Shown here: positions 11,326 through 25,124 of the stretch, piece by piece
Layout of the letters: every line of letters starts with the position of its first letter
Numbering within the stretch: the first letter of the stretch is position 1
DNA from: Macrostomum lignano
Lineage: Eukaryota
NCBI GenBank assembly: GCA_002269645.1
Contig: NIVC01000224.1
Coordinates: 277,127-341,126, forward strand
Direction of reading: 5' to 3'
DNA length: 64,000 nt
The notes under the pieces: generated by a model
Database searches by the model: none
What the model was told of the DNA's origin: nothing
The model's input: only the letters and a program-made list of their open reading frames with translations
Position numbers and translations under genes: made by a program

Positions 11326-13540
11326 TTGACGCCTAACTTAGTAGAGTTGGCGCTTAATTTAGTAGAATTGGCGCTTGATTTAGTAGAGTTGGCGCTTAAT
11401 TTAGAAGAATTGGCGCTTAATTTAGTAAAATTGGCGCTTGATTTAGTAAATTTGGCGCTTAATTTAGTAGAATTGGCGCTTAATTTAGTAGAATTGGCGC
11501 TTAATTTAGTAGAATTGGCGCTTAATTTAGTAGAATTGGCGCTTAATTTAGTAGAATTGGCGCTTAATTTAGTAGAATTGGCGCTTAATTTAGTAGAATT
11601 GGCGCTTAATTTAGTAGAATTGGCGCTTAATTTAGTAGAATTGGCGCTTAATTTAGTAGAATTGGCGCTTAATTTAGTAGAACTGGCGCTTAATTTAGTA
11701 GAACTGGCGCTTAATTTAGTAGAATTGGCGCTTAATTTAGTAGAACTGGCGCTTAATTTAGTAGAACTGGCGCTTAATTTAGTAGAATTGGCGCTTAATT
11801 TAGTATAATTGGCGCTTAATTTAGTAGAACTGGCGCTTGATTTAGTAGAATTGGCGCTTAATTTAGTAGAATTGGCGCTTGATTTAGTAGAACTGGCGCT
11901 TAATTTAGTAGAATTGGCGCTTAATTTAGTAGAATTGGCGCTTGATTTAGTAGAATTGGCGCCTAATTTAGTAGAATTGGCGCTTAATTTAGTAGAATTG
12001 GCGCTTAATTTAGTAGAATTGGCGCTTAATTAAGTAGAATTGGCGCTTAATTTAGTAGAATTAGCGCTTAATTTAGTAGAATTGGCGCTTAATTTAGTAG
12101 AATTGGCGCTTAATTTAGTAGAATTGGCGCTTGATTTAGTAGTATTAGCGCCTAATTTAGTAGAATTTGCGCATAATTTAGTAGAATTGGCGCCTAATTT
12201 AGTATAATTGGCGCTTAATTTAGTATAATTGGCGCTTAATTTAGTAGAACTGGCGCTTAATTTAGTAGAATTGGCGCTTAATTTAGTAGAACTGGCGCTT
12301 AATTTAGTAGAATTGGCGCTTAATTTAGTAGAATTGGCGCTTGATTTAGTAGAGTTGGCGCTTAATTTAGTAGAATTGGCGCTTGATTTAGTAGAACTGG
12401 CGCTTAATTTAGTAGAATTGGCGCTTAATTTAGTAGAATTGGCGCTTAATTTAGTAGAATTGGCGCCTAATTTAGTAGAATTGGCGCTTAATTTAGTAGA
12501 ATTGGCGCTTAATTTAGTAGAATTGGCGCTTAATTTAGTAGAATTAGCGCTTAATTTAGTAGAATTGGCGCTTAATTTAGTAGAATTGGCGCTTAATTTA
12601 GTAGAATTGGCGCTTGATTTAGTAGAATTAGCGCCTAATTTAGTAGAATTTGCGCATAATTTAGTAGAATTGGCGCCTAATTTAGTAGAACTGGCGCTTA
12701 ATTTAGTAGAATTGGCGCTTAATTTAGTAGAACTGGCGCTTAATTTAGTAGAATTGGCGCTTAATTTAGTAGATTTGGCGCTTAATTTAGTAGAATTGGC
12801 GCTTAATTTAGAAGAATTGGCGCTTAATTTAGTAGAATTGGCGCTTAATTTAGAAGAATTGGCGCTTAATTTAGTAGAATTGGCGCTTAATTTAGTAGAT
12901 TTGGCGCTTAATTTAGTAGAGTTGGCGCTTAATTTAGTAGAATTGGCGCTTAATTTAGTAGAATTGGCGCTTAATTTAGTAGAACTGGCGCTTAATTTAG
13001 TAGAATTGGCGCTTAATTTAGTAGAATTGGCGCTTGATTTAGTAGAGTTGGCGCTTAATTTAGTAGAATTGGCGCTTGATTTAGTAGAATTGGCGCTTAA
13101 TTTAGTAGAATTGGCGCTTAATTTAGTAGAATTGGCGCCTAATTTAGTAGAATTGGCGCTTAATTTAGTAGAATTGGCGCTTGATTTAGTAGAATTGGCG
13201 CTTGATTTAGTAGAATTGGCGCTTAATTTAGTAGAATTGGCGCTTGATTTAGAAGAATTGGCGCTTGATTTAGTAGAATTGGCGCTTGATTTAGTAGAAC
13301 TGGCGCTTAATTTAGTAGAGTTGGCGCTTAATTTAGTAGAGTTGGCGCTTAATTTAGTAGAACTGGCGCTTAATTTAGTAGAACTAACGCTTAATTTAGT
13401 AGAGTTGGCGCTTAATTTAGTAGAATTGGCGCTTAATTTAGTAGAACTGGCGCTTAATTTAGTAGATTTGACGCCTAATTTAGTAGAATTGGCGCTTAAA
13501 TTAGTAGAATTGGCGCCTAATTTAGTAAAATTGACTAGAT
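11326..13540. repeat. 21-bp minisatellite, about 105 copies, upstream of CEP70
   Basis: Unit ttggcgcttaatttagtagaa. Confidence 0.97.
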
Positions 13541-14204
13541 GAGGTGCTAAGAAGGAAAGACAGGTAGAGTATCAACTTACAGTTGTGTGGCGCACCAAGT
13601 GTACAGTGAGACTGAGTAGCTTCTTGGTTGGCAATGGGGATTAACCAGTGTAGTTAAATTTAAAGGATTTTACTTTATTTCACGCCTTGCATTCAGACAG
13701 CAAGAAGACTTAATGACAATGAGCTTCACCTTGTGAATTTTTGAGCCTGAGTCACTGAAGAAATGAGTCTACAAGCTCATAAACGAGTCGGGCAGTGGTG
13801 GGACAGGTCATGGACTCATGGGTCTTACCTTTTCTCTGTTGGTCGCAGTCCTGTCTTTCTTTCCTTAACCAACCGCATGGGGCCTGGCTGGATGGATAGA
13901 AAGGAACGCATAGCCATAAGGGCTAAGAGGGAGGGTAAGAGAGGTGTTGGAGTGTGTGTACACTCCCGGGAATGTATGTACATTGCGTTTTTGTACACTC
14001 AACCCCCCCCCTCGTTTTTCACCCATCTGCCCTCTCTGTCTGAGCTATGATTTTACATGATACCGGTTAGGTGTAGTGTGTTTTGTAGTGTGTAGTGTAA
14101 AAACTGTGTAATTAATTGCTTTGCTATGCTAATTAGCTTTCTTAACCGTTTTCTTTTAAGTCTCATTTTCTCATTTTTACTAAGTAAGTTAGTAAGTTGA
14201 TGAT

Positions 14205-14480
14205 TGAGTGCATGAGTTCATGGGTCAGTTTATGGGTGAGTTAATGAGTGAGTTAATGAGGAATTTTATGAGTGAGTTCATGAATTAAGCTTATGAGTGA
14301 GTTCTTGAGTAAGTTTATGAGTGAGTTTCTGAGAATTTTATGAATGAGGTAATGAATAAGTTTATGAGTGAGTTTCTGAGTAAGTTTACGAATTAGTTAA
14401 TGAATATTTTTTTAGTGAGTTCATAAGGAATTTTATAAGTGGGAGTTAAGTGAGTTGGCGCTTGAGTGTGTGAGTTTATC
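14205..14480. repeat. Degenerate atgagtgagtt-type low-complexity repeat
   Basis: Imperfect short repeats upstream of the protocadherin. Confidence 0.7.
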
Positions 14481-14870
14481 GGTGTGTTAGTTGAAGTAAA
14501 ATTACCTACAAACTACTGCGGACAAGTAGTGTACTAAGTAAATAGCAATAAATCTACACTCCCGTTTATTATGGGACGCCAATTTAGACTAATCTCTCCT
14601 CACCGTCCAATTGGGTAGCTTGCGTTTGGCTGTCAATAAAAAATCGTCCACAGATCGGGCTGCAATTGGGTGCCCAGTGTAAGCAGCCAATGCTGCGCAT
14701 TCTTCATCAAGGCAAGATCAACTGTGTTGCCTGAAATCATTTAAGAAGCAACTAATACAGAAGGAAATACGAAACAAGCATCTGTATCATATTGTCATGC
14801 TTTGAAGTTTGCTTAAGTTTTTACCCAAGGAACATTTTGATGCAGTGATTAATCGCACTTTCACAATACA

Positions 14871-17729
14871 ATGACAAGGCAGTTTCTACTAACAGTCTTT
14901 GTTCTTGCAGTCGCTGTTTGTGCATCGTACTGCTTGCAATCTACTTTCGATGCGACAATTGACGAAGACATACCGCAGGATTCTGAGCTGCCCGACTCGA
15001 GAATACTACTGCACAACAATGGCATCGATTCGAACTCTTATCAACTGCTGCCGCACCCCTACGTGACATTCGACAAGGAATCCGGTTTACTAAAAGCCAA
15101 GAAGACACTCGATCGAGATGTTATGTGTCAAAATGATAAACTTTGCTGCGAAAATGACAGATTAATCTGTCAGTTGGACCTGACATTTATTAGCCACCGG
15201 ACAACCCCGCTGCAGAGAAAAGTTCTCCGCGTCGGGCTAAGAGATCGAAACGATCATACTCCGCGCTTCGAGACGGCTTCAAAGGCGTTCTTCATTCCGG
15301 AGGACACTCAGCCTGGACACTTGGAACGGTTGCCAGTGGCAACGGACTTGGACTCGGACGAGAATGCGGTGCAGCGGTACATTCTCATGCCAGACAGCTC
15401 GCCGTTCGGTCTAAAACACGAGAGCTCGCGCAGTCGCGGCAGTCGAGCAAACGGTCAGCTCTGGTTGGAGCTGAAGACGCCGCTTGACCGAGAGACCACA
15501 GCCTCGTACGAATTCGTTTTGACAGCGATCGATTCCGGAGAGCAGAAAGGCAGCACGCGGATCATTGTCAACGTGACAGATCGCAACGATATTTATCCGC
15601 ATTTCGAGCGCAGCAGCTCCAGAGGCCAGACAATACGATTGCTTGAGAGTAGGAAACCCAACGCTATCGTTGCTCGAGTTGTTGCTAAGGACGAAGACGA
15701 AGGTGTCAATGCTGAGATTCTGTACGAGTTGGACCCGCATCAGGCCGATCTGAGCGCCATCCAGCGACACTTCCGGGTCGATTCTACTCGAAGCACCGGA
15801 AATGTTGTGCTAATACGCCAGCTGGACTATGAAGAGGCAACAGAGTACAAGCTGGCTATTATTGCTCGAAATAGAGTGCCATACAGTACTCGCAACCGAC
15901 TCTCAACTGCTACCGTGACTATCATTGTGCTTGACGATAATGACGAAACTCCTGTAGTCAGCGTGCACTACTTGACAGACGAAGGTCAGCACATGGCCAG
16001 CATAGTGGAGAACCAAGCGGAATCAATGACGGTAGCAATAATAACTCCAGCTGACCGAGACAAGGGACTCAACGGCCAGGTTACGTGTGAAATTCTTGAC
16101 ACCAAAGATCGGGAACACTTCACTTTGAAGAAAATTTTGCCAGGAGTCGAGTACTACTTGCGCACTAAAACTGGACATGGACTGGATCGCGAAGAGTTTC
16201 TGAGAAACCCATCTATCAACCCATCGGTAACCGAGGTCCAGATCAAAGTGCGGATAATGTGCAGCGATCACGGTACGCCGCAGAGAAGTGCAAACACGAG
16301 TGTCAATATCCGCATTCTGGACCTCAACGATAACAGTCCAATGCTCAAGGTGCACGCTGTGCTCGGGAAAAGCTCGCTAAGCGACGCTAAAACAGTCGAA
16401 ATCGCTGAGAACCTGTCGCCAAATACAGTTTTCGCGACAGTAAGCGCGCTGGATCCGGACTATCGGGAAAACGGCACAGTGGTGTTCTCAATGGACCAAC
16501 AGAATTTGTATCCGTTTGAGGCTTTCGGTATCTATAATAATGGCCATATTTTCATCCGGCGGGCGCTGGATCGAGAAACGCTCAACCTACCTGGCGACCT
16601 TTTTCAAATAGTTGTAGTTGCTCGAGACAAAGGCACGCCGGCCAGGTCCAACTCGATTAACCTGGAGATTCGTCTCAAAGACGTGAACGACAACAAGCCC
16701 CAGATGGAGCAGCGCATGACTTTCACGGTGTTTGAGAACAACTCGACTGGATATCCTATCGGCGAGATTAACGTCACCGATCCCGACAAGGTTGGCCAAC
16801 TGTCCTTGACGTTGCAGCCTCTGAGATTGCTGGATCGACTGCCGTTTCAAGTACTTGAAGAGCACGGCAGGTTTTATCTGCAGGCTACTGACAGCTTGGA
16901 CAGCGAGAGGGTGAGTGAGTTCCAGTTCCTGCTGGTGGCCAGGGATGCCGGTCACGGTTCGGCTGGACACACGGTCACCAGCACGGTGACCGTAGTTGTT
17001 CAGGACGTCAATGACCACTCGCCGCAGATTGTGTACCCCTGCAATGGTAAAGCGCGTCGGTATAACCACACAGTCTCTTGGAAAGAGGGCATCGGACACA
17101 CGGTGGTGAAAGTTAATGCCAAGGACGATGATCATGACAAAATGACTAACGGGCGCCTTCAATTCAGCATGCTACGAAACAGCCTGTTAAAGATTGACGA
17201 AGACACTGGCGAGGTGCAAGTGGCCGTGAAAATGGACTACAGAAGCATCGGGCCAAAGCTTGTCACCGTGGTGGCCAAGGATCATGGCAAGCCGAAGAGT
17301 CTGAGCTCCACCTGCGAATTCTTCATCCTCGTTGACGACTCGGTGCCGTACAGTCGAGTGGTAGACAGCGGAGGTGGGAGCAGAACGCGCAATCCGTTAA
17401 ACGGTGTCAGACGCGACGGTGACGTCATCAATCGCGGCTCCCTGCTGACTGACTCGAGCGTTCTAGCCGCGATAGCGGTCTTTGTCTGCCTCCTTCTGCT
17501 GGCCACTCTGCTGTTGTTTCTGTACGCCAGGCACTGGCACAGGACGCCGGAGTTTCTGCCGGACCTGCTCGAGCCGTGTCTGGGGCCGGTGCAGCCTGCG
17601 GCGACAATCAAGCACAGCGCCGAGGCTGGCGAGGAGATTCAACAGGCGTCCTCGACGCTACAGCCAGGCTCGCGGAGGCTGCTGTCTACTGGAGGGACTT
17701 TCGGCAAGGCGGGAGGCGACCTGACTGAG
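14871..17729 (+). CDS. Protocadherin, exon 1: signal peptide, 7 cadherin repeats, transmembrane helix
   Basis: Hydrophobic N-terminus; six DxND linkers plus LDRE/AxDxD motifs; C-x5-C in EC1; TM SVLAAIAVFVCLLLLATLLLFLYA; donor GAG|gtaagg, phase 0. Confidence 0.95.
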
Positions 17730-18069
17730 GTAAGGCGTTGCCGTGTTGCCGTGAAAGCGCGTTGATAAGTTGCTGGATGGTCTTTTAGGGTGAGCTAAAG
17801 GAAAGATCGTAGGCAGAATGGATGAATAGAAACTTATGTAAACCAGATGTTTCTGCCTAGCAGGTGTTTTAGACTTCGAACAGAAAGAGACACTCTGGAG
17901 ACCCAAAATGAAAAGTTCCAATCCGATACGAACAACTGAGAAAGAGACTGCCACAGATGGCTAAATAGAACCTTAGTTTGTTTAATCAATGTCCTATTTT
18001 CGCGCAAATTTAAACTACAAGTAGCTGACGAGCTTGAGTGGCACCTGTCTAGCATTATCCGAGAGACTT

Positions 18070-18335
18070 TCTCATCTAACAGACGTTACTGTCTAACAGA
18101 TGTCAATTCCTGTCTAACAGATGGCGACTTCTGTCTAACAGATGTCAAATCCTGTCTAACAGATGTCGATTTCTGTCTAAGAGATGTCAACTTCTGTCTA
18201 ACAGATGTCAATACCTGTCTAACAGATGTCAATTCCTGTCTAACAGATGTCTATTCCTGTCTAACAGATGTCAATCCCTGTCTAACAGATGTCAATTCCT
18301 GTCTAACAGATGTCAATTCCTGTCTAACAGATGTC
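18070..18335. repeat. 21-bp minisatellite
   Basis: Unit cctgtctaacagatgtcaatt. Confidence 0.92.
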
Positions 18336-19034
18336 CATGTGTATATTTTACGTGTATAATAGGCCGTTGTGCATATGATGTCATAGGGCCCATGCACAGA
18401 GAGTGCAGGCTATCAAGTGTTTTGAGCCTAATTCTATACAAATACTTATAAGCATACCTACCTATCAATGAGCCTTAAAAGCTTTTCATTGTTTCCTAAC
18501 AAAGTCGGGGACCCACCCACGTGCTTCTCTCTTGATCAGTTTTTATCCCGAAGTTCTGCGACTTAGGGTGAAGAGGGGTAAAACACTCCAATCTTAATAT
18601 TAATAGCCATTTCATATATGAAATAATCAACTTCAGTATTTTAGCTCGTAATCAACCGCATAAAGGCGGTGAATCTTCGGCATATGAAGCCCACTGTTAG
18701 TTATAATCGGGGAAAAACGAAAGAATTTCGCTAAAAGGAGAAGAGACCAGCTGTTGCTTTTTGCACAGTGTGTGTGTGTTGAAGATTCCAAATAAATTCA
18801 AATATGGGGGTGCAGGGGTTGGCGGGAACTGAAGATTGCTAACAACTTATAGAGAGGAACAGGGAGAGAGAGAGGGGGAAAAGTGGAAAGAAAGTGACGG
18901 AGCGGATCTGTGAGAGTTGGTGAATCACAGGAAAGTTTTCTGGGCGGAACTGGCGGGATTTTCCCGTCATGGACGACTTAATGTAGATATCTGGCTGAGA
19001 AAATAAAAAAGGAAATCTAGCTGAATTTAGGAAA

Positions 19035-19710
19035 AGAGGGAGAGGGAGAGGGAGGGGAAGAGAGGGAGAGGGAGAGAGGGAGAGGGAGAGAGGGAGAGGG
19101 AGAGAGGAAAAGAGGGAGAGGGAGAGAGAGAGAGGGAGAGGGAGATACAGAGGGAGAGAGGGAGATGGAGAGAGGAAGAGATGGGGGCGGCGACCCCCTT
19201 TGTCCCCTCTTGTGTTCCTTACTTGCCTGGCAGCCTCTCAACAATTGACGTGGGAATCCAGTCTTAGGGACGGTTAAAGAGGTCACCTGCCCTCCCCCTG
19301 GGGTCAAATTTAGGTGCCACTGATCTCCACTGACTGCTCAGTTTAGAAATTAACTCTACATAGATAATCTATAGAATTAACAAAATTTATGGCAGAGATA
19401 ATGCTGATTATTCGTAGATGTTTCACTAATATCTTTCTTGAATTTCGATTATGGAAACCTTTTGATGTAGAACAGAATCCGGCCCGTGAAGCCTCTCTAT
19501 CCGGCTTTCGAGTCCTTTGAAATTTTCGAGTCTTCCCGCTCAAGATTTGCATCTATTCTCAGCTCCTTTCTCTTCTCTCTGCCCTTTTCTCTCCCCGCCC
19601 CTCTCTACCCTCCTTTCTCCTCTCTTCTCTCTCCCCTCTTCTCTCTCCTCTCGCCTCTCCCCCTCTTCTATATCTCCTCTCTCTTCCATTCCTTCTCCTT
19701 TTCTCTCTCA
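19035..19710. repeat. GA-rich tract (19035-19185) and CT-rich tract (19560-19710)
   Basis: Purine-only and pyrimidine-only low-complexity tracts of opposite polarity. Confidence 0.85.
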
Positions 19711-20155
19711 TCTGGCCGGCAGCAATGATCTACGAGCGAATTCTTTATCTGACCCTTGGAGTAAATTTTCTGTCAACCTCTGATGTAGCAACTACGATGA
19801 TATAGGAGTCCTCAGCTCCAGAATCTCCCTTTAAGACTCCATGGTCACTTCACATTCGCAGCAAGGTCCAGCTGATTCGAAATTCTCCAAAGCTTCTTTG
19901 CGAGAAAGAGCACTTTTATGACACCTTAAATCAAAACTGGGCTGCTGCATTGGTCCCGCTTTTAAAAGAGGAGTTTTTACAATGCAGAAAATGATATTTT
20001 GGATTCCGACTTTCCATCTGTTTTGTTCTAGGATGACTCTCGGTGCGAGAGTCTGTGGGAGACGGCTGATGGCTCGTATAAATACTTATGCTCCAGCGCT
20101 TTCTGGGCAATGATGTGAAGTTGTAAAAGTTACACCGCGTTACTGGGCAGAGACC

Positions 20156-20798
<643 letters not shown>

Positions 20799-21239
20799 CT
20801 ACATGTCCATGTGGTGCACTAAACGCCACTCACTATAAGTTCCAGTCATTATTATCGATAAAAATCGGATGAAACGAGCAGAACTCACCGCAGTAAGTTT
20901 ATGACTGCAGGATTCGTGTTAATTATTCACGCACCTACGCTCAAATTGATTGGGGTGGGGCAGGTGCAAGGAGCTGGGAGATGTGGGGTGGAAAAAAAGC
21001 CAACAAAGAGGGCTGGCACGAACCGTTTCTTTAGTTAAATATGCATGTATAATATAGAGATGCTGGTAGTTTCTCTGTTACTTTTTTAGCCTCGTTTTTG
21101 TTGTTTTTGCAAGCCGAAACCTTATTGTAGCGGGTCTCTGACATAATTTGAGTCTCTGAGCTGTTGCTAACTAAACAAATTAATGCAGCCGCTAATTCTG
21201 TATTGAGCATGCTTTGATGAGGGTAGCTTCTCAAGTGAA

Positions 21240-21780
21240 TTTATCGACTGTTATTACAATTTGATTACAGTAGCTGGTGCCACCTGTTGAAGGTCCAGAA
21301 GCTCCGCGTGAGTGAAGGCCAGTGACCAATGAATTTAGAGCTGATGCAGACACATGCGGTCGACGTGCTGATGAAATTTGGAGGCTTGGCAAGGCTGTAC
21401 TGAGGCACCGTGCTGATTGGCGCTTATGGGAAAAATCCGACCCTTTGGCAGAATCGTCGAATATCTCGAAGGTCCGGTGGGCTGGCGACTTGATTCTTGT
21501 TTGAATGGGCAGATGTGCAACCGACAGCTCAGCCGCAGCTATTGCGCAGCGCATCTGAAGGTTGCGTACGGCTGTCAGCCCAAGGACTGGGGGGTCGCCA
21601 CACACAGCCTCAATTACCCCAGCTAATGCTGGCATCCATTTTACAGCTGGGTGAACTGAAGCAATGCAGAGTTAAGTATCTTGCTCAAGGACACAAATTG
21701 TTCCGAGTTGGTCAAGAATCGAACCCCGGACCTTTCAGTCGTGAGTCCGACGCTCTAACCACTAGGCTGCAACCCCTCCC
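21240..21780 (-). mobile_element. tRNA-derived SINE with CORE/Meta-like central domain (3' end approximate)
   Basis: On the minus strand: A box (TAGTGGTTAGAGC), B box GGTTCGATTC (21716-21725), then TGTGTCCTTGAGCAAGATACTTAACTCTGCATTGCTTCAGTTCACCCAGCTGTAAAATGG, resembling the MIR core TGTGTGACCTTGGGCAAGTTACTTAACC...CTCAGTTTCCTCATCTGTAAAATGG. Confidence 0.8.
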
Positions 21781-22214
21781 CACTAAGTGAGCCCACTGAG
21801 CCAGTCAATGAGTACAATTGGATCATAATAGCCTATAACTTTATATTCAGAAGCGTACTGTAAAAGTTTTATCCAAAAGCTTTTATCCTAAAACTAATGC
21901 AAAGCTACTCATGCAAATTCAAAGTCAAAAGCAAACAGACTCGAAGTCACAAGCAATTTACCTTGCTGTTCACCCCCCCCCATAAATGTGGAGGGAAGTC
22001 AATCCATCAAACTCCTAGTTTGGGAATAGGACTCTGCCCCCTCTCTTTAAGTTTAGTGTTAATTAATTCATCAATGTGCTCAGCGAAACCTACTCATAAA
22101 GCCTATTACTAAGGTTCCTAGGTGGATCCTTCTAGAGGCTCATAGAGGTCTATTCGCGCTTTTTAAGAGTCATGTTTCATGTTTCAGAGTAAAAGTCAAT
22201 TAATCAACTTTCAG

Positions 22215-22314
22215 GTTCAGCAGCAGCAACAGCAGCAGCTGTCTATTTACCAGTCGATGTCTCCACCCAGAAGACAGATTTATGGCGGCGTAGGAGCCAG
22301 CAGTGCCGCATCAG
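22215..22314 (+). CDS. Protocadherin cytoplasmic exon 2 (VQQQQQQQLSIYQSMSPPRRQIYGG...)
   Basis: caactttcag| ... G|gtgagc. Phase 0 in and phase 1 out, bridging exon 1 to the last exon. Confidence 0.72.
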
Positions 22315-22449
22315 GTGAGCCTCATTTTGAGCATCGGGAATTGCTTGTTTGATAATGCGATTGTTACCATTTTTAGTTGGCGTCTGCATTCTACTCTGTG
22401 GATGTCTATTCGATGATCAATGTGCTTGAGTGACACTGAATTGTCACTC

Positions 22450-22812
22450 GACTATTAACTACTGTCACTCCCTTATTGAATACTGTTACTCCCCGATCGA
22501 ATACTGTCACTCCCTTTTCGAATACTGTCACTCCCTTATCAAATACTGTCACTTCTTTATCGAATACTGTCACTTCTTTATCGAATACTGTCACTTCTTT
22601 ATCGAATACTGTCACTCCCTTATTGAATACTGTTACTCCCTTATCTAATACTGTCACTCCCTTTTCGAATACTGTCACTCCCTTATCGAATACAGTCACT
22701 CCCTTATTGAATACTGTCACTCCCTTTTCGAATACTGTCACTCCCTTATCGAATACAGTCACTCCCTTATTGAATACTGTCACTCCCTTTTCGAATACTG
22801 TCACTCCCTTAT
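22450..22812. repeat. 21-bp minisatellite
   Basis: Unit cgaatactgtcactcccttat. Confidence 0.93.
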
Positions 22813-23396
22813 ATAATTCTGGCACCCCACTATAGATTTTATCTGCCTGTCTCTCCGATCTTCATTTACTGATTTCACTCAAAAAAGCCATCTTCTGTCA
22901 CTCTTAAGTCTTCTTTCAGTAGCCCATAACTTTCTGCAACTCCAAAATCTTAATTTGTCACTCCAAGATTAAAATTTACCACTCCGAAATTTCTGCAGCC
23001 AAATTTTGGTGCAAGTTAGACAAAAATGCCATTATGATGACTGTTAAAATTTCGGCTGTATCAATTATACAGACCAGGCCGCTAAATCTAACTGCATTTT
23101 CATTGGTCGACTGGGTATTTCTATGGCGCATGAACTTTGAAATGCTCTGGAAGTTAATAGAGGAGAGAATTTCGAACGAGAACGTTTAGTCTTCATCATC
23201 AGACACGGGTGTCCTCGATTCCTGCCAAACGATAAATAGGGAAATTTATTGTATGCATAATGCCCCCCCAGGCAACCACTTTTAGTCCCAGCTGAAATTC
23301 CCGTAAACTTCACCCCGAAGTTAAAATAAACAATTCATTCCAGGACAAGGCAGCACTTCCCATTCATCCGTCCGTCCATCTGTCTGTCTGAATGTC

Positions 23397-24180
<784 letters not shown>

Positions 24181-24257
24181 CATCTATTCATCTATCCGCC
24201 CCAATAATCCATCCTGAGCAACTTGAGTTCTTATTTCCGTAGTTATTTTATTTTCAG

Positions 24258-24380
24258 CAGGTCCCACAGTGGTTGGAGGATCAGAGATTGATGAAGAAGC
24301 TGTTTGCCTCCTCGCGGTCCCAGGGGGCTGGAGTGTGAGCAGCGCTGCCTATCACAGAATATGCCTTCAATCTTTATCAA
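24258..24380 (+). CDS. Possible optional symmetric (phase 1-1) protocadherin exon
   Basis: Strong ttttattttcag|cag acceptor; 123-nt open frame; weaker donor A|gtgcgc. No homology support. Confidence 0.35.
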
Positions 24381-25124
24381 GTGCGCTTCACCACAGGAGA
24401 GCTGTCTGGGGCAGGGCACACAATATATGAGCAGCTCAAGCCAGGTGGCAAATTCTTGTCCTTGGCACCTTCATCCGCTTCCTCGGGACATGCAGTTTTT
24501 CTTTCTTCAAGTTTTTTATTTGCCTCCCCTCCCCAGTTGAGCTCAACCCCCCGCCCCCCCCCACAGCAGTCGGGGGCCATTTTCCAGGCTCCGACTGAAT
24601 GAGAGGTTTGACATTTCAGCTGACAGCTGACGACATCAGAACGGCAGTCTGGGCTGCCCCCACCCCCAAAAACCTATTGTCAGTTCGCTTGACAATAGAA
24701 ATAGAAAAAAACACTCCTGAATCTGTGATGGTAGGGACAGTCAAAGCAAGTACGTTTTTCACCGTGCGACAAAGGCATTTAATATTTCCCGCGCCACAAA
24801 TTGTGTCCCAAACTGTGTTTATATTCAGTTTTTTTAATAAACATAATTTTCCAATTCCATAGTTATCGAAAGAGAGGGGGAACCTGAGTAAAACAAAAAA
24901 ACGATTAGAATTATTTTTAACAAAAAATACCGGTCTCCAGAGAGTTTCAATAAATGCCGCCAGCTTTCAAACGGGAAGGTTTCTCTTTGTTTCTCATATT
25001 GGAAAGCTGACAATTATGTCAGGTCGTGACTCTGTTTTAATAATTATAAGCTCTAATTAAAATTAACACTGAACTCAGCGCCCAGTGCTTTAATTAAACG
25101 GCTTTTATACTTGTGGCGCCGCTG

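Noticed and set aside
11326-13542. (LALNLVE)n ORFs resembling a leucine zipper or LRR
   Set aside because: 21-bp tandem repeat; starts are TTG only; no unique flanking coding sequence.
13551-14100. Possible LTR or solo element with an imperfect inverted repeat (aaggaaagacagg / cctgtctttctttcctt)
   Set aside because: No second LTR, PBS, TSD or coding remnant visible.
22428-22449. 8-bp stem hairpin (gagtgaca/tgtcactc) at the edge of the 21-bp array as a Helitron end
   Set aside because: No CTRR terminus at the expected distance and no matching 5' end found.
24599-24750. LTIEIEKNTPESVMVGTVKAS resembles the start of a cadherin repeat
   Set aside because: Only ~20 residues, with no LDRE/DxND continuation or signal peptide; probably chance.
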